Shown here: positions 18,996 through 28,300 of the stretch, piece after piece
Layout: the number at the start of each line of letters is the position of its first letter
Numbering within the stretch: the stretch's first letter is position 1
Source: Candidatus Troglogloeales bacterium
Lineage (GTDB): Bacteria; Nitrospirota; Nitrospiria; SBBL01
NCBI GenBank assembly: GCA_005239745.1
Contig: SBBL01000099.1
Span: forward strand, 1 to 45,556
DNA: 45,556 nt
Direction: 5' to 3'
Position numbers and translations under genes: made by a program
The notes under the pieces: model-generated
Told to the model about the DNA's origin: nothing
Databases searched by the model: none
The model's input: the letters and a program-made list of their open reading frames with translations, nothing else

Positions 18996-19775
18996 ATGCT
19001 GGAAGGCGTAGAAGAAACGGCAGTTCCCCATCTCTCTTTGTTGGAGGGGGAGCATGCCAGACAGCAGATTGCCATTTTGATACAGATTCAACAATTAGAT
19101 GAACAGCTTGCAAGTTTAGACGCGCACCAGAAGCGCCATGAGCAACTGGTGGCGGCAGCGGCCGTGCAGCACGAAGCCGCGTTATTGTCCCTAGCTTCGG
19201 CTCGGTCGTCTCTTAATAAGATCAATAAAGAATGGAAGGCACTGGAGCAGGCGCTGTCGTTAAGTGAAGAGCGTGTGCGTAAGCTCAAAGATTGTCAGAC
19301 GGACTTGAAAACCAATAAGGAATATCAAGCGCGCCTGGCAGAGATTGAGGCGGCCAAAGCAGACGGTGGGAAGATAGAAGAATCCATCTTAGTACTGATG
19401 GAAAAAGCGGAACCACTTAAAAAGGCGGTTGCGGAACAGGAAGCCATTGCCCGTGTCGAGGGCGAGAAGCTACAAGGGGTGAAGGCTGAAATAGAGACCG
19501 AGCGCGTGCAACGCGCTGGAGTGAGGGAGACGTTTGTTGTCGAGCGTGATGCGCTGTTTGCAAAGGTTGCTCCTACCATCCTCAAAGAGTACCGTCGGTT
19601 GATGACCCGGCCCAATCGGCCGGCCATTGCACGGCTTCTTGGCAATGTCTGCGCCGGTTGCCGTTTTAGCCTGCCGCCCCAATTTGTTGTGGTGGCCAAG
19701 GCGCGAGAAAAGATTCTAAGGTGTACCTACTGTGAATGTTTTCTCTACGCTACGGTGGAGCCCTCTCCATCGTGA
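18996..19775 (+). CDS. C4-type zinc-ribbon coiled-coil protein (DUF164/CT398-like)
   Basis: Long coiled coil with KTNKEYQA, then CAGC..CTYC; usual neighbour of RNase H and rnpB. Confidence 0.88.
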   Translation: MLEGVEETAVPHLSLLEGEHARQQIAILIQIQQLDEQLASLDAHQKRHEQLVAAAAVQHEAALLSLASARSSLNKINKEWKALEQALSLSEERVRKLKDCQTDLKTNKEYQARLAEIEAAKADGGKIEESILVLMEKAEPLKKAVAEQEAIARVEGEKLQGVKAEIETERVQRAGVRETFVVERDALFAKVAPTILKEYRRLMTRPNRPAIARLLGNVCAGCRFSLPPQFVVVAKAREKILRCTYCECFLYATVEPSPS

Positions 19776-20191
19776 CAGGACCGCTTGTTATCTATGCGGA
19801 TGGCGCGTCGCGCGGGAATCCGGGCGATAGTGGGATTGGGGTTGTTATCCGTGAGCCTGGGGGTCGTGTGGTTACCACCCTCTCTGAGTCTATTGGACAC
19901 GCAACTAACAACATGGCTGAATATATGGCGCTGGTGCGCGGGCTGGAGGAGGCATTGTTGTTACAGCCCAGTGCGGTATCCGTGTATGTTGATTCTGAGT
20001 TGGTGGCCCGTCAGATATCGGGGGTCTACAAGGTCAAGAACCCCCATCTACACGCTCTTGTAGAACGGGTGAGACGGCTGTGCAGGCAAATTCCGTCTGT
20101 TTCTATTGAACACATTCCGCGCGAGAAAAACCGTGAGGCAGACAAGCTGGCGAGGGCTGGAAGCCGTAAAGCACCGGCGGAAATTTTGTAG
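19772..20191 (+). CDS. Ribonuclease HI family protein
   Basis: IYADGASRGNPG, TNNMAEY, DSELVARQ, HIPREKNREADKLA; GTGA overlap with the upstream gene. Confidence 0.92.
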   Translation: MTGPLVIYADGASRGNPGDSGIGVVIREPGGRVVTTLSESIGHATNNMAEYMALVRGLEEALLLQPSAVSVYVDSELVARQISGVYKVKNPHLHALVERVRRLCRQIPSVSIEHIPREKNREADKLARAGSRKAPAEIL

Positions 20192-20219
20192 TAGGGGCGT
20201 ATTGCAATACGCCCCTACT
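20190..20219. repeat. GTAG-type REP-like perfect palindrome
   Basis: AGTAGGGGCGTATTGCAATACGCCCCTACT, 30-bp perfect palindrome. Confidence 0.75.
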
Positions 20220-20238
20220 GAAGTCTTTTATAAGTGCT

Positions 20239-20615
20239 GGAGCGGGACAGGTGGCTGCTCCCTGTTAATACAGGGGGAGGAAAGTCCGAGCTCCGCAGGG
20301 CAAGGTGGTCGCTAACGGCGACTGGGGGTGACCCTAAGGAAAGTGCCACAGAAAATAGACCGCCTGACGGTGTTGTCAGGTAAGGGTGAAACGGCGAGGT
20401 AAGAGCTCACCGCTCCGGCGGTGACGTCGGAGGCACGGCAAACCCCACCTGGAGCAAGATCGAATAGGGGGACGTAAAGGGGAGTAATCCTCTTGATAGA
20501 GTGGCCCGCTCAATGTCCCCGGGTCAGATCGCTAGAGCCGTATGGCAACATCCGGTCGAGAGAAATGGTCGCCACTGGAAGTTACCGGAACAGAACTCGG
20601 CTTATGGCCCACTCC
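20239..20615 (+). ncRNA. rnpB: RNase P RNA, bacterial type A
   Basis: GAGGAAAGTCC, GGAAAGTGCCACAGAAA, GGGTGAAACGG, GGCAAACCCC..GAGCAAG, ACAGAACTCGGCTTA; ends pair (GTGCTGGAG/CTCCAGCAC). Confidence 0.96.
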
Positions 20616-20626
20616 AGCACCACCTA

Positions 20627-23530
20627 ATGGATACGCCTCTTCTCTCTGCCCAGCAAAGGGCATCGGTTGAACACGCGGCCGGGCCGCTGTTGATTGTCGC
20701 CGGCGCGGGCACGGGCAAGACACTTGTGATTGCCCACCGTATTGCGCATCTGATCGCCTCCAAACGGGCAAAACCCCATGAAATTTTGGCGCTTACCTTC
20801 ACGGAATCTGCTGCCACAGAAATGGAAGAGCGGGTAGATCGGCTGGTTCCCTACGGCTATACCGACGTCGCCCTTTCCACCTTCCATGCTTTTGGCGATC
20901 GCATCTTGCGGGAGAATGGGATTCGCTTAGGGCTGACACCGGACTTTCGGGTGCTCTCCCGAGCCGAACAGGCACTCTTTGTAAGATGTCACCTCTTTGA
21001 ATTTCCTCTATCGTCACTTCGACCGCTGGGAGACCCCACCAAACACATTGATGCGCTCTTAAGTGTCATCTCTCGGCTCAAAGACGAAGACATCTCCCCC
21101 GCAGCCTATCTCACCTACGTTCAACAAGAACGTGAAACGCCTTCGCTACTCCCTGATGAACTATCCCTTCATGACGAGGTGGCCCGGACGTATGAGACCT
21201 ACCAGTCCCTGTTGATACAAAACGGATGCATTGATTTTGGCGATCAGGTCTATCTGACGTTGCAACTGCTACGGACCTACCCTTCCATACTTAATCGGTA
21301 CCAAACACGGTTTCAGTATATCCTGGTAGACGAGTTCCAAGACACGAATCATGCCCAGTTCCAGCTCATCCATCTATTGGCTGCCCGCCACGGTTCCATC
21401 ACGGTCGTTGGCGATGATGATCAGAGCATCTACAAGTTTCGGGGTGCGGCGATTTCCAACATTATTTCGTTTCGTGAGCACTATAAAGATGCAGCCTGTG
21501 CCATTTTGACTGAAAACTATCGGTCAACGCAGCCGATTCTCGATGCGGCTTATCGGCTCATTCAATACAACAATCCAGATAGGCTGGAGGTGCGCGAACA
21601 AATTGATAAACGCCTGATTGCACGGTCTCCCGACGTCTTCTCTTCTCCGGTACAACACTGGTACTTCGACACGGTGTTGGAGGAGGCCGGTGCCATTGCT
21701 GAAATGATTTTTGGCGAGGTTCAATCGGGAGCGGCGTACCATCAGTTTGCCCTGTTGGTGCGCGCCAACAACCATGCCGACGACTATCTACGGGCACTCA
21801 ACATGAAGGGAATTCCTTATCGTTTCAGCGGCATGCGAGGGCTATACAACACGCCGGAAGTGCGTGTGCTGATTGCCTTTATGCGGGCAACGGTGGATCG
21901 TCACAACAGCGGCAGTTTATATGCCCTGGCCGCTTCCCCCCTATATGCCTTCCCGCCCGATACCCTGTTGGACTGTATGACCCAGGCACGTAGAACCCAC
22001 GGAAGCCTCTATGATGTGCTCTGTAGGGTACCCCAAAAGCAAGCTTTTGGGGTACCCTCGCCCAATGAGGCCATGACACCGGAGGCCGTTGCGACGACTG
22101 AAAAACTGCTCCGGGACCTCGCGCATGCGCAAATGCGGGCATCAGAGGTTCCAGCCGGCGTGGTGTTATATGAATTTATCAAAGCGGCGGGTTTTCTCAG
22201 GCAAGATGTGACTGCATCCCCTGAAGAGACACGACGGCACGAAGCGCGACTCCAAAACATTGCAAAGTTTTTCAAGGAAATAAAGCGTTTTGAACAATGG
22301 ACGCCCACACCGATGCTACACGATGTGATTGCCTATCTCGATCTCATACAGGCCTCAGGCGAAGATCCTCCGTCTGCAGAGGCGACCGATGACACCGATG
22401 CGGTGTCGGTCTTAACGGTTCACAAGGCCAAAGGATTGGAGTTTGATACGGTCTTTATGGTGGGTCTCGTGGATGGCAACTTCCCTAGCCGGAACCGTGG
22501 TGAGGCCATTGAAATCCCGGATGCCCTGGTTCAGGAAGCGCTTCCCACGGGTAATATCCATCTTCAGGAAGAGAGGCGGCTTTTTTACGTTGGCATGACC
22601 CGTGCTCGCTGTAAGCTCTATCTAACCGCAGCGCGCGATCTGGGCGGAAGGCGCCCTCGTAAAATCAGTCCATTCGTGCTGGAAGCGCTTGGCCTACCGA
22701 TTCAGGTCATCCCGCCTAAGCGCACCTCTCCACAGGTGGCGATCATACACCGTGGAGAAATGGAACCAACGGCCGCCCCTTCTACACCTACTCTCCAAGG
22801 GCCGCTGGGCCTGACGTATTACCAGATTGATGATTATCTGACGTGCCCTTTGAAGTATAAGTATAGCCATATCCTGAAAGTTCCCATCTACCAACACCAT
22901 ACCGTTGTATACGGAAACGCTATCCATCAGGCGGTAGCTGGCTACCTCAGTACCAAAAACGCCGAGCACGCTATTTCACTGGATGAGGTGATTGCCATCT
23001 TTGATCGTGCATGGCACAGCGAAGGTTTTATCAGCCGCGAGCATGAAGAGCAGCGTTTGGAGGCGGGGCATCTAGCCCTACAAAGATTTTACCATGCGGA
23101 AGCACGGAACGAACGGAAACCGACCCATATAGAAAAGCCCTTTTCTTTTTTCTTTGAAGAAAACCGCATTGGCGGGCGATGGGACCGCATTGACGAGGAG
23201 GCAGAGGGCGGCATCGTGATTGATTACAAAACCTCCGCCATTTTAGACCAGAAAACGGCGGATCAAAAAACCAAAGAAAGTCGACAACTTACACTATACG
23301 CGTGGGCCTACTTAGAACAATTCGGGACGTTACCCGCCAGGGTTTCCCTCTACTTCATTGATTCCGGCATCATCGGGCAGGGTACCCGAACGATGAAGCA
23401 TATCGAAGCGTTTAAGGACGAAGTGCGCGAGGTTGCTAGGCATATCCGAGACAAAGACTTCTCCGCCCGTCCCACGTACATGGCCTGTCGGTACTGTGCT
23501 TATCAAGACATCTGTTCTTATGCCGCTTAG
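20627..23530 (+). CDS. UvrD/PcrA-family helicase fused to a C-terminal PD-(D/E)XK nuclease (AddA/AdnB-like)
   Basis: AGAGTGKT, VDEFQDTN, GDDDQSIYKFRGA, TVHKAKGLEF, EERRLFYVGMTRA; nuclease motifs GRWDRID..IDYK..QLTLY and C..CxxC.....C. Start moved to ATG 20627 because 20501 lies inside rnpB. Confidence 0.92.
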   Translation: MDTPLLSAQQRASVEHAAGPLLIVAGAGTGKTLVIAHRIAHLIASKRAKPHEILALTFTESAATEMEERVDRLVPYGYTDVALSTFHAFGDRILRENGIRLGLTPDFRVLSRAEQALFVRCHLFEFPLSSLRPLGDPTKHIDALLSVISRLKDEDISPAAYLTYVQQERETPSLLPDELSLHDEVARTYETYQSLLIQNGCIDFGDQVYLTLQLLRTYPSILNRYQTRFQYILVDEFQDTNHAQFQLIHLLAARHGSITVVGDDDQSIYKFRGAAISNIISFREHYKDAACAILTENYRSTQPILDAAYRLIQYNNPDRLEVREQIDKRLIARSPDVFSSPVQHWYFDTVLEEAGAIAEMIFGEVQSGAAYHQFALLVRANNHADDYLRALNMKGIPYRFSGMRGLYNTPEVRVLIAFMRATVDRHNSGSLYALAASPLYAFPPDTLLDCMTQARRTHGSLYDVLCRVPQKQAFGVPSPNEAMTPEAVATTEKLLRDLAHAQMRASEVPAGVVLYEFIKAAGFLRQDVTASPEETRRHEARLQNIAKFFKEIKRFEQWTPTPMLHDVIAYLDLIQASGEDPPSAEATDDTDAVSVLTVHKAKGLEFDTVFMVGLVDGNFPSRNRGEAIEIPDALVQEALPTGNIHLQEERRLFYVGMTRARCKLYLTAARDLGGRRPRKISPFVLEALGLPIQVIPPKRTSPQVAIIHRGEMEPTAAPSTPTLQGPLGLTYYQIDDYLTCPLKYKYSHILKVPIYQHHTVVYGNAIHQAVAGYLSTKNAEHAISLDEVIAIFDRAWHSEGFISREHEEQRLEAGHLALQRFYHAEARNERKPTHIEKPFSFFFEENRIGGRWDRIDEEAEGGIVIDYKTSAILDQKTADQKTKESRQLTLYAWAYLEQFGTLPARVSLYFIDSGIIGQGTRTMKHIEAFKDEVREVARHIRDKDFSARPTYMACRYCAYQDICSYAA
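22025..22058. repeat. Hairpin micro-element inside the helicase CDS
   Basis: AGGGTACCCCAAAAGC-AA-GCTTTTGGGGTACCCT, perfect 16-bp arms. Confidence 0.8.
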
Positions 23531-23567
23531 AAATGCGGTCCTCCCGAAATTAGAATGTCACGGCCAA

Positions 23568-23610
23568 TTGACAATATTTATCCTATTACAGTAAAGTATC
23601 CTTACTGTAA
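23568..23610 (+). promoter_or_regulatory. Toxin-antitoxin promoter and operator
   Basis: TTGACA (23568), 18 bp, TAAAGT (23592); inverted repeat TTACAGTAA-7-TTACTGTAA over the -10, as in antitoxin autorepression. Confidence 0.7.
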
Positions 23611-23630
23611 AGAATGGAAGGAGGTTTGCT

Positions 23631-23855
23631 ATGCAAATAAGTCGGCTTTCCCAAAAGGGCCAGGTAACACTTCCCAGGAAGATTCGTGAAATCATTGGGG
23701 CCAAGGCGGGTGACCTTATTGTCTATGAGCCGGGCGAGGGGGAGGTGACCCTTCGGCGTATTGAGCCGTTTGATGCCGCATTTTATGTGGCACTATCCGG
23801 CACGGTAGATGAGTGGAGCGCGGAAGAGGATGAAAAAGCCTTCCGGAATTTATGA
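23631..23855 (+). CDS. AbrB/MazE/SpoVT-family antitoxin
   Basis: SRLSQKGQVTLPRKIREIIG..GD; acidic C-terminus; GGAGG RBS. Confidence 0.9.
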   Translation: MQISRLSQKGQVTLPRKIREIIGAKAGDLIVYEPGEGEVTLRRIEPFDAAFYVALSGTVDEWSAEEDEKAFRNL

Positions 23856-24204
23856 GTCGTGGGACATCGTGGTTGTCCCCTTTCCCTTTACCGAAAAACT
23901 GGGAGAGAAAAGGAGACCGGCCCTGGTTATAAGCCAGCGGTTGTTCAATAAAAACGGTCATGCGGTCTTGGCGATGATTACGACGCGGTCGCATATCCCG
24001 TGGCCGGGCGACACCTTTATTCAAACCGGCACATCCACGGGACTTCCATCTGCATGTCTTGTCCGCTTGAAGCTCTTTACCCTGGACAACCGCTTAATCC
24101 TCAAGAAGATTGGAACGCTTTCTCTGTCCGATCGGCAAAAGGTTGCGGCCTCTTTTTACCGTTACCTGCCCTTTGAAAAAGAAGCGATGTATCCCCCTCC
24201 TTAG
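23830..24204 (+). CDS. PemK/MazF-family toxin
   Basis: WDIVVVPFPFTE..KRRPALVIS..AMITT; overlaps the antitoxin. Confidence 0.9.
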   Translation: MKKPSGIYESWDIVVVPFPFTEKLGEKRRPALVISQRLFNKNGHAVLAMITTRSHIPWPGDTFIQTGTSTGLPSACLVRLKLFTLDNRLILKKIGTLSLSDRQKVAASFYRYLPFEKEAMYPPP

Positions 24205-24327
24205 ACTCTCTGTCGGTGACATCTACGTCTTTTGCATTGATAATTTAGTGACCCTATCTTGTCCACAGCGACCAACGGGAGATGTCCATTCGCTGCGACC
24301 CCTATGCTCACCTTATGCGTGGCTTAA

Positions 24328-24411
24328 GAATCCTTATGTACACCACCGTACATTGCGGTTTCTGCGCGTAGTAGCCCTTGCACTTCGGCAGCTCGTGACG
24401 GTTTTTAGAGG
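24328..24411 (-). mobile_element. Partial MITE (one half)
   Basis: GAATCC..GTACATTGCGGTT..GTAGCCCTTGCACTTC..GACGGTTTTTAGAGG aligns with 11124-11208. Confidence 0.8.
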
Positions 24412-24570
24412 AACAGATGTTTTTGGACGGACGGGCAGTTGCACGGGAGAAGCAGATCGGTTACAACTTACGGATGGCGGTATAAAAAAAGAAACGATCA
24501 GCCTAAGTATAGACTACTACATTTATGAGAGATCACGCCGGCGTTCAAGGCGTGCTTTATGGAGGTAGTC

Positions 24571-25557
24571 ATGCCACATCACAGTGATGTCGCCATCACC
24601 TGGACCCCAGACGCGGAAGAACGTTTGAAGCGGGCGCCGTTTTTTCTACGCGGGATGGTGAGACGGCTCTCCGAAAAAAAGGCCCGTGAGATGGGGATTG
24701 CGGTGATTACGGAGGCCGTACTCAACAGTTTCAAAGAAAGGATGATGGGCCCCATGATGGGGGCAGGCGCCGGGGTTGCGCATACGACGGCGGGGGTTGA
24801 AGCAAAGCCGTTGGCCTGGACCCGCGAGGCAACGGACCGGCTTGAAACGGTTCCCGCCTTTATGCGGGGCATGATTAAGCAAATTGCCGAAGAAGTGGCA
24901 CTGGAGCGTGGGCATTTAGAGGTTGACCTGGCACTGCTTTTCAAGGCCGAGGCCCTCGGAGACACCACGCAAAAGGAGATCCTTCCAGAGATCCCGTGGA
25001 CGGATGCGGCACTGGTTAGGCTGGATCAGAAGATGGCGCTTTCTCCTGAGATTGCGAAAGATTTTGTGCGAGAGATGCTGAAGAATGACGCCGAAGACCT
25101 CGCGCGGGAGCGTGGGATCACACGCATTGACCTAGCGGCGCTCACCTCCATTTGGGACGCGCCGCGGAGTGATATTGCCTGGACGGATGAGGCGTACAAA
25201 CGGCTGATGACGTCTCCGGACTTTGTCCGCAGCGGCATTAAAAAGGCGGCGGAGCGGCGGGCGCGTAAATCCGGAGTCAAGGAAATTACCTCGGAACTGC
25301 TGACAAAGTATCGCAATGAGGCCATGATGAAGGCCATGAAGCGCCTACGCACGTTCGGGTATAGCGAGATGACGTTTGATGCCTTCGGCGACGCTACGGA
25401 GAAGATCGGTCGCTTAAAGGACAACCCGGAAGCCGCCTCCAGGCTAACCGACATTAAAGACTATATGGAAAAGCGCGGAAAAGTCGGCCTCATTGATGAT
25501 GAAATGCTTGACCGCATGAAAAACTACCTAAAAGATTCCTCCAAAAAACAGATGTAA
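24571..25557 (+). CDS. Protein with four tandem PCP_red (BchB C-terminal-like) domains
   Basis: Four repeats of W-T-x-(D/E)-A-x2-R-L..P.F.R......E..A...G...I; ATG 24571 after GGAGG. Confidence 0.8.
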   Translation: MPHHSDVAITWTPDAEERLKRAPFFLRGMVRRLSEKKAREMGIAVITEAVLNSFKERMMGPMMGAGAGVAHTTAGVEAKPLAWTREATDRLETVPAFMRGMIKQIAEEVALERGHLEVDLALLFKAEALGDTTQKEILPEIPWTDAALVRLDQKMALSPEIAKDFVREMLKNDAEDLARERGITRIDLAALTSIWDAPRSDIAWTDEAYKRLMTSPDFVRSGIKKAAERRARKSGVKEITSELLTKYRNEAMMKAMKRLRTFGYSEMTFDAFGDATEKIGRLKDNPEAASRLTDIKDYMEKRGKVGLIDDEMLDRMKNYLKDSSKKQM

Positions 25558-25639
25558 GCTCCCCTCTACTTTCTACCCGCTCAGATCGGCATGGACGGAC
25601 GAGAAAAAGCAACGACGATACGTATCATGGGAAACGGGC

Positions 25640-26992
25640 ATGTCGATTTTTCGAGAGTATGATATCCGCGGGGTTTATGGCGACGGGTTGACCGAACCGA
25701 TGGCCTCTGCCATCGGAGCCGCCTTTGGCACGCTCGTTGTGCGGGCCGGGGGGAGTACGGTCTCCCTAGGACGGGATGTCCGTTTAAGCGGGCCCGCCTT
25801 ACATAAGGCGCTATTGTCCGGCATCCTCTCCACCGGACTAGATGTTTTGGATATCGGTCTATGCCCGACTCCTGCCCTTTATTTTTCCCTCTTTCATAAA
25901 AGGGTAGACGGTGGGGTAATGATCACGGCCAGCCATAATCCCAGCCGGTACAACGGATTTAAGCTCTCTCTGGGCAGGCACAGTCTTTTTGGAGATGACA
26001 TTCAACAGATACAGGCAATGGTTGCGCGAGAAGATTTCATCCGCCGTCCCCCCGGAAGACACCACCTAGAAAAGGACTTTCTAACAGACTACCTGAATTA
26101 TTTCACAACACACTTCAAGTCATTCCACGGTAAGAAGGTGGTCATGGATTGCGGGAATGCGGCCGGCGCACTCATTGCCCCGAAGATCTTTGAACGGCTC
26201 GGTTGTGAGGTCGTCCCCTTATATTGTGAGCCGGATGGGCGCTTCCCCAATCATCACCCGGACCCTACCGTTGCAGAGAACATGGCCGACCTGATCGCCC
26301 ACGTCCGATCGTTCGGGGCCGACGCCGGCATTGCCTTCGACGGAGATGCCGATCGCCTCGGAGTGGTAGATGAAACGGGAACGATCATTGGTGGGGATAT
26401 GCTTACCCTCTTCTTCGCCATAGATATCTTATTATCTCACCCGGAGGCAAAAATCCTTTCTGAAGTAAAGGCGTCTGATATTTTTTACGATGAGGTCAGC
26501 CGACGCGGCGGACAGGCCATCATGTCAAAAACAGGACATTCACTGATGAAGGCCAAGATGCGGGAGACCGGGGCGTTGCTGGCTGGAGAGATGAGTGGCC
26601 ACCTCTTTTTTGCAGATCGCCACTTTGGGTACGACGACGCAATCTATGCCGGATGCCGACTGCTTGAAATCCTCTCCCGTAGCCATAAGCCGCTTTCTTC
26701 TTATTTCAAAGCGCTGCCGAAACGCGTGTCAACCCCGGAAATACGGGTTGACTGTTCGGACACACACAAGTTTAAGGTGGTCGAGCGGTGCCGCGACCAT
26801 TTTTCAAAACAATTTAAGACCATTGATATTGACGGTGTCCGCATTTTATTCGACGGAGGATGGGGACTCATTCGCGCTTCCAACACCCAACCCGCGCTCG
26901 TGTTGCGCTTCGAGGCCGATACCCCTGACCTCCTTGATATGATTGAAAAATCCATTAGGACATTTTTAAATCAGGTCATGTACACGTTATAG
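25640..26992 (+). CDS. Phosphomannomutase/phosphoglucomutase (AlgC-like)
   Basis: IFREYDIRG, ITASHNP, FDGDADR, AGEMSGH, RASNTQP. Confidence 0.96.
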   Translation: MSIFREYDIRGVYGDGLTEPMASAIGAAFGTLVVRAGGSTVSLGRDVRLSGPALHKALLSGILSTGLDVLDIGLCPTPALYFSLFHKRVDGGVMITASHNPSRYNGFKLSLGRHSLFGDDIQQIQAMVAREDFIRRPPGRHHLEKDFLTDYLNYFTTHFKSFHGKKVVMDCGNAAGALIAPKIFERLGCEVVPLYCEPDGRFPNHHPDPTVAENMADLIAHVRSFGADAGIAFDGDADRLGVVDETGTIIGGDMLTLFFAIDILLSHPEAKILSEVKASDIFYDEVSRRGGQAIMSKTGHSLMKAKMRETGALLAGEMSGHLFFADRHFGYDDAIYAGCRLLEILSRSHKPLSSYFKALPKRVSTPEIRVDCSDTHKFKVVERCRDHFSKQFKTIDIDGVRILFDGGWGLIRASNTQPALVLRFEADTPDLLDMIEKSIRTFLNQVMYTL

Positions 26993-26999
26993 GAAGCGA

Positions 27000-28148
27000 G
27001 TGATCCCCCAACAACTTACCCCTACCGAAAAAATAAACATCCTCACCTTCTCGCTTCCTAAGCTTACGGCGTGGGTCGGTACGCTCGGGTGGAAGCCCTA
27101 TCGCGCCAAGCAACTCGCTACATGGCTTTACGCGAAAGGAGCACAGTCCTTTGACGAGATGACTGACCTATCAAAAGTCGCCCGCGAAACGCTGGCGGCG
27201 CTGGCAACCATTTGGCCGTTACAGATTGTGTCCCAACAGAAATCGCTAGACGGTACCGAGAAATTTCTCTTACAACTTTCCGATGGCAAGCGGATAGAAT
27301 CGGTGCTGATTCCGGAAGAGGACCGTTTGACGCTCTGCGTCTCTTCCCAGGTCGGGTGCACCCTCGACTGTAGCTTTTGCCTAACGGCACAACAGAAGCT
27401 ACAACGCAATTTAAGCGCCCATGAAATCGTCGGTCAGGTCCTTACCGTCCAACGCGTGCTATTTGATCGCATCAACGGAGAGGGAACGCGGTGTCGGCCC
27501 TCTCAGCCCGCCACGTACCCCGGAATAACGAACGTCGTCCTTATGGGGATGGGGGAACCGCTTGCGAATCTGACACAGGTGACAGAGGCGCTGCTCCAGA
27601 TGACCGCGCCGCTTGGATTAGGGTTTTCTCCCCGCCGCATTACGGTCTCAACGGCCGGGCTCGTCCCTCAGATGAGAGAGTTCTTGAACGGCCCCACACG
27701 GGCAAACCTTTCCGTATCGTTAAACGCCACCACCAATCGTGTGAGAGACGCGATCATGCCGACCGTCAATCGGCTCTATCCGCTGGATCAGTTGCTTGCT
27801 GCCTGTAAAGAGGCCCCCTTGCCCAAACGCCGAAACATCACTTTTGAGTACGTTCTGCTCTCCGGCATCAACGACACCCCGGAAGATGCAGTCCGTTTAA
27901 CGCGTCTCGTGGCACCTATTCGGTGTAAGGTCAATCTGATTCCCTTTAACGAATTTCAGTCGTCCCCCTACCGCCGCCCATCCGATGCTACTATTTTTAA
28001 GTTTCAGGAAGTCCTCCTCCGTGCAAAGATAACCGCCACACGAAGAAAGAGCCGCGGAAGGGATATCTTGGCCGCCTGCGGTCAGCTTAGCAGCTTGGCA
28101 TTTCACAACCCACCTATATCCGTTGAACACAACGCGTATGACACATAG
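27000..28148 (+). CDS. rlmN: 23S rRNA (adenine2503-C2)/tRNA methyltransferase RlmN
   Basis: CVSSQVGCTLDCSFC, MGMGEP, KVNLIPFN, DILAACGQL. Confidence 0.96.
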   Translation: MIPQQLTPTEKINILTFSLPKLTAWVGTLGWKPYRAKQLATWLYAKGAQSFDEMTDLSKVARETLAALATIWPLQIVSQQKSLDGTEKFLLQLSDGKRIESVLIPEEDRLTLCVSSQVGCTLDCSFCLTAQQKLQRNLSAHEIVGQVLTVQRVLFDRINGEGTRCRPSQPATYPGITNVVLMGMGEPLANLTQVTEALLQMTAPLGLGFSPRRITVSTAGLVPQMREFLNGPTRANLSVSLNATTNRVRDAIMPTVNRLYPLDQLLAACKEAPLPKRRNITFEYVLLSGINDTPEDAVRLTRLVAPIRCKVNLIPFNEFQSSPYRRPSDATIFKFQEVLLRAKITATRRKSRGRDILAACGQLSSLAFHNPPISVEHNAYDT

Positions 28149-28166
28149 GGTACAGCAGCTCGCACC

Positions 28167-28232
28167 GGGGCCCCCAAAACAATGTTTAAATGTTTTGGGG
28201 TGGGCAGCCGTTTGGCCGCGCAGTAGGTTTTT
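28167..28232 (+). mobile_element. Hairpin micro-element followed by a decayed MITE end
   Basis: GGGGCCCCCAAAACA..TGTTTTGGGGTG (28167-28202), then CGCAGTAGGTTTTT as in the right end of copy 1. Confidence 0.65.
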
Positions 28233-28261
28233 TTGACTTTCGGTAACGCAATCGCTAGAAT
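28233..28261 (+). promoter_or_regulatory. Putative sigma70 promoter for the nuclease gene
   Basis: TTGACT, 17 bp, TAGAAT. Confidence 0.55.
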
Positions 28262-28300
28262 GGGGCCAAGTGAAGGTTCTAAAATAGAATTCTAAGTTAG

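Noticed and set aside
18710-19075. ORFs with repeated peptides (18523-18849, 18710-19075, 18796-19011)
   Set aside because: Translations of the hairpin repeats and tRNA
20501-20626. First 42 codons of the 1009-aa helicase ORF
   Set aside because: Overlap the 3' part of RNase P RNA
24110-24568. 152-aa ORF after the toxin
   Set aside because: Spans the toxin end and a MITE relic; no recognisable domain
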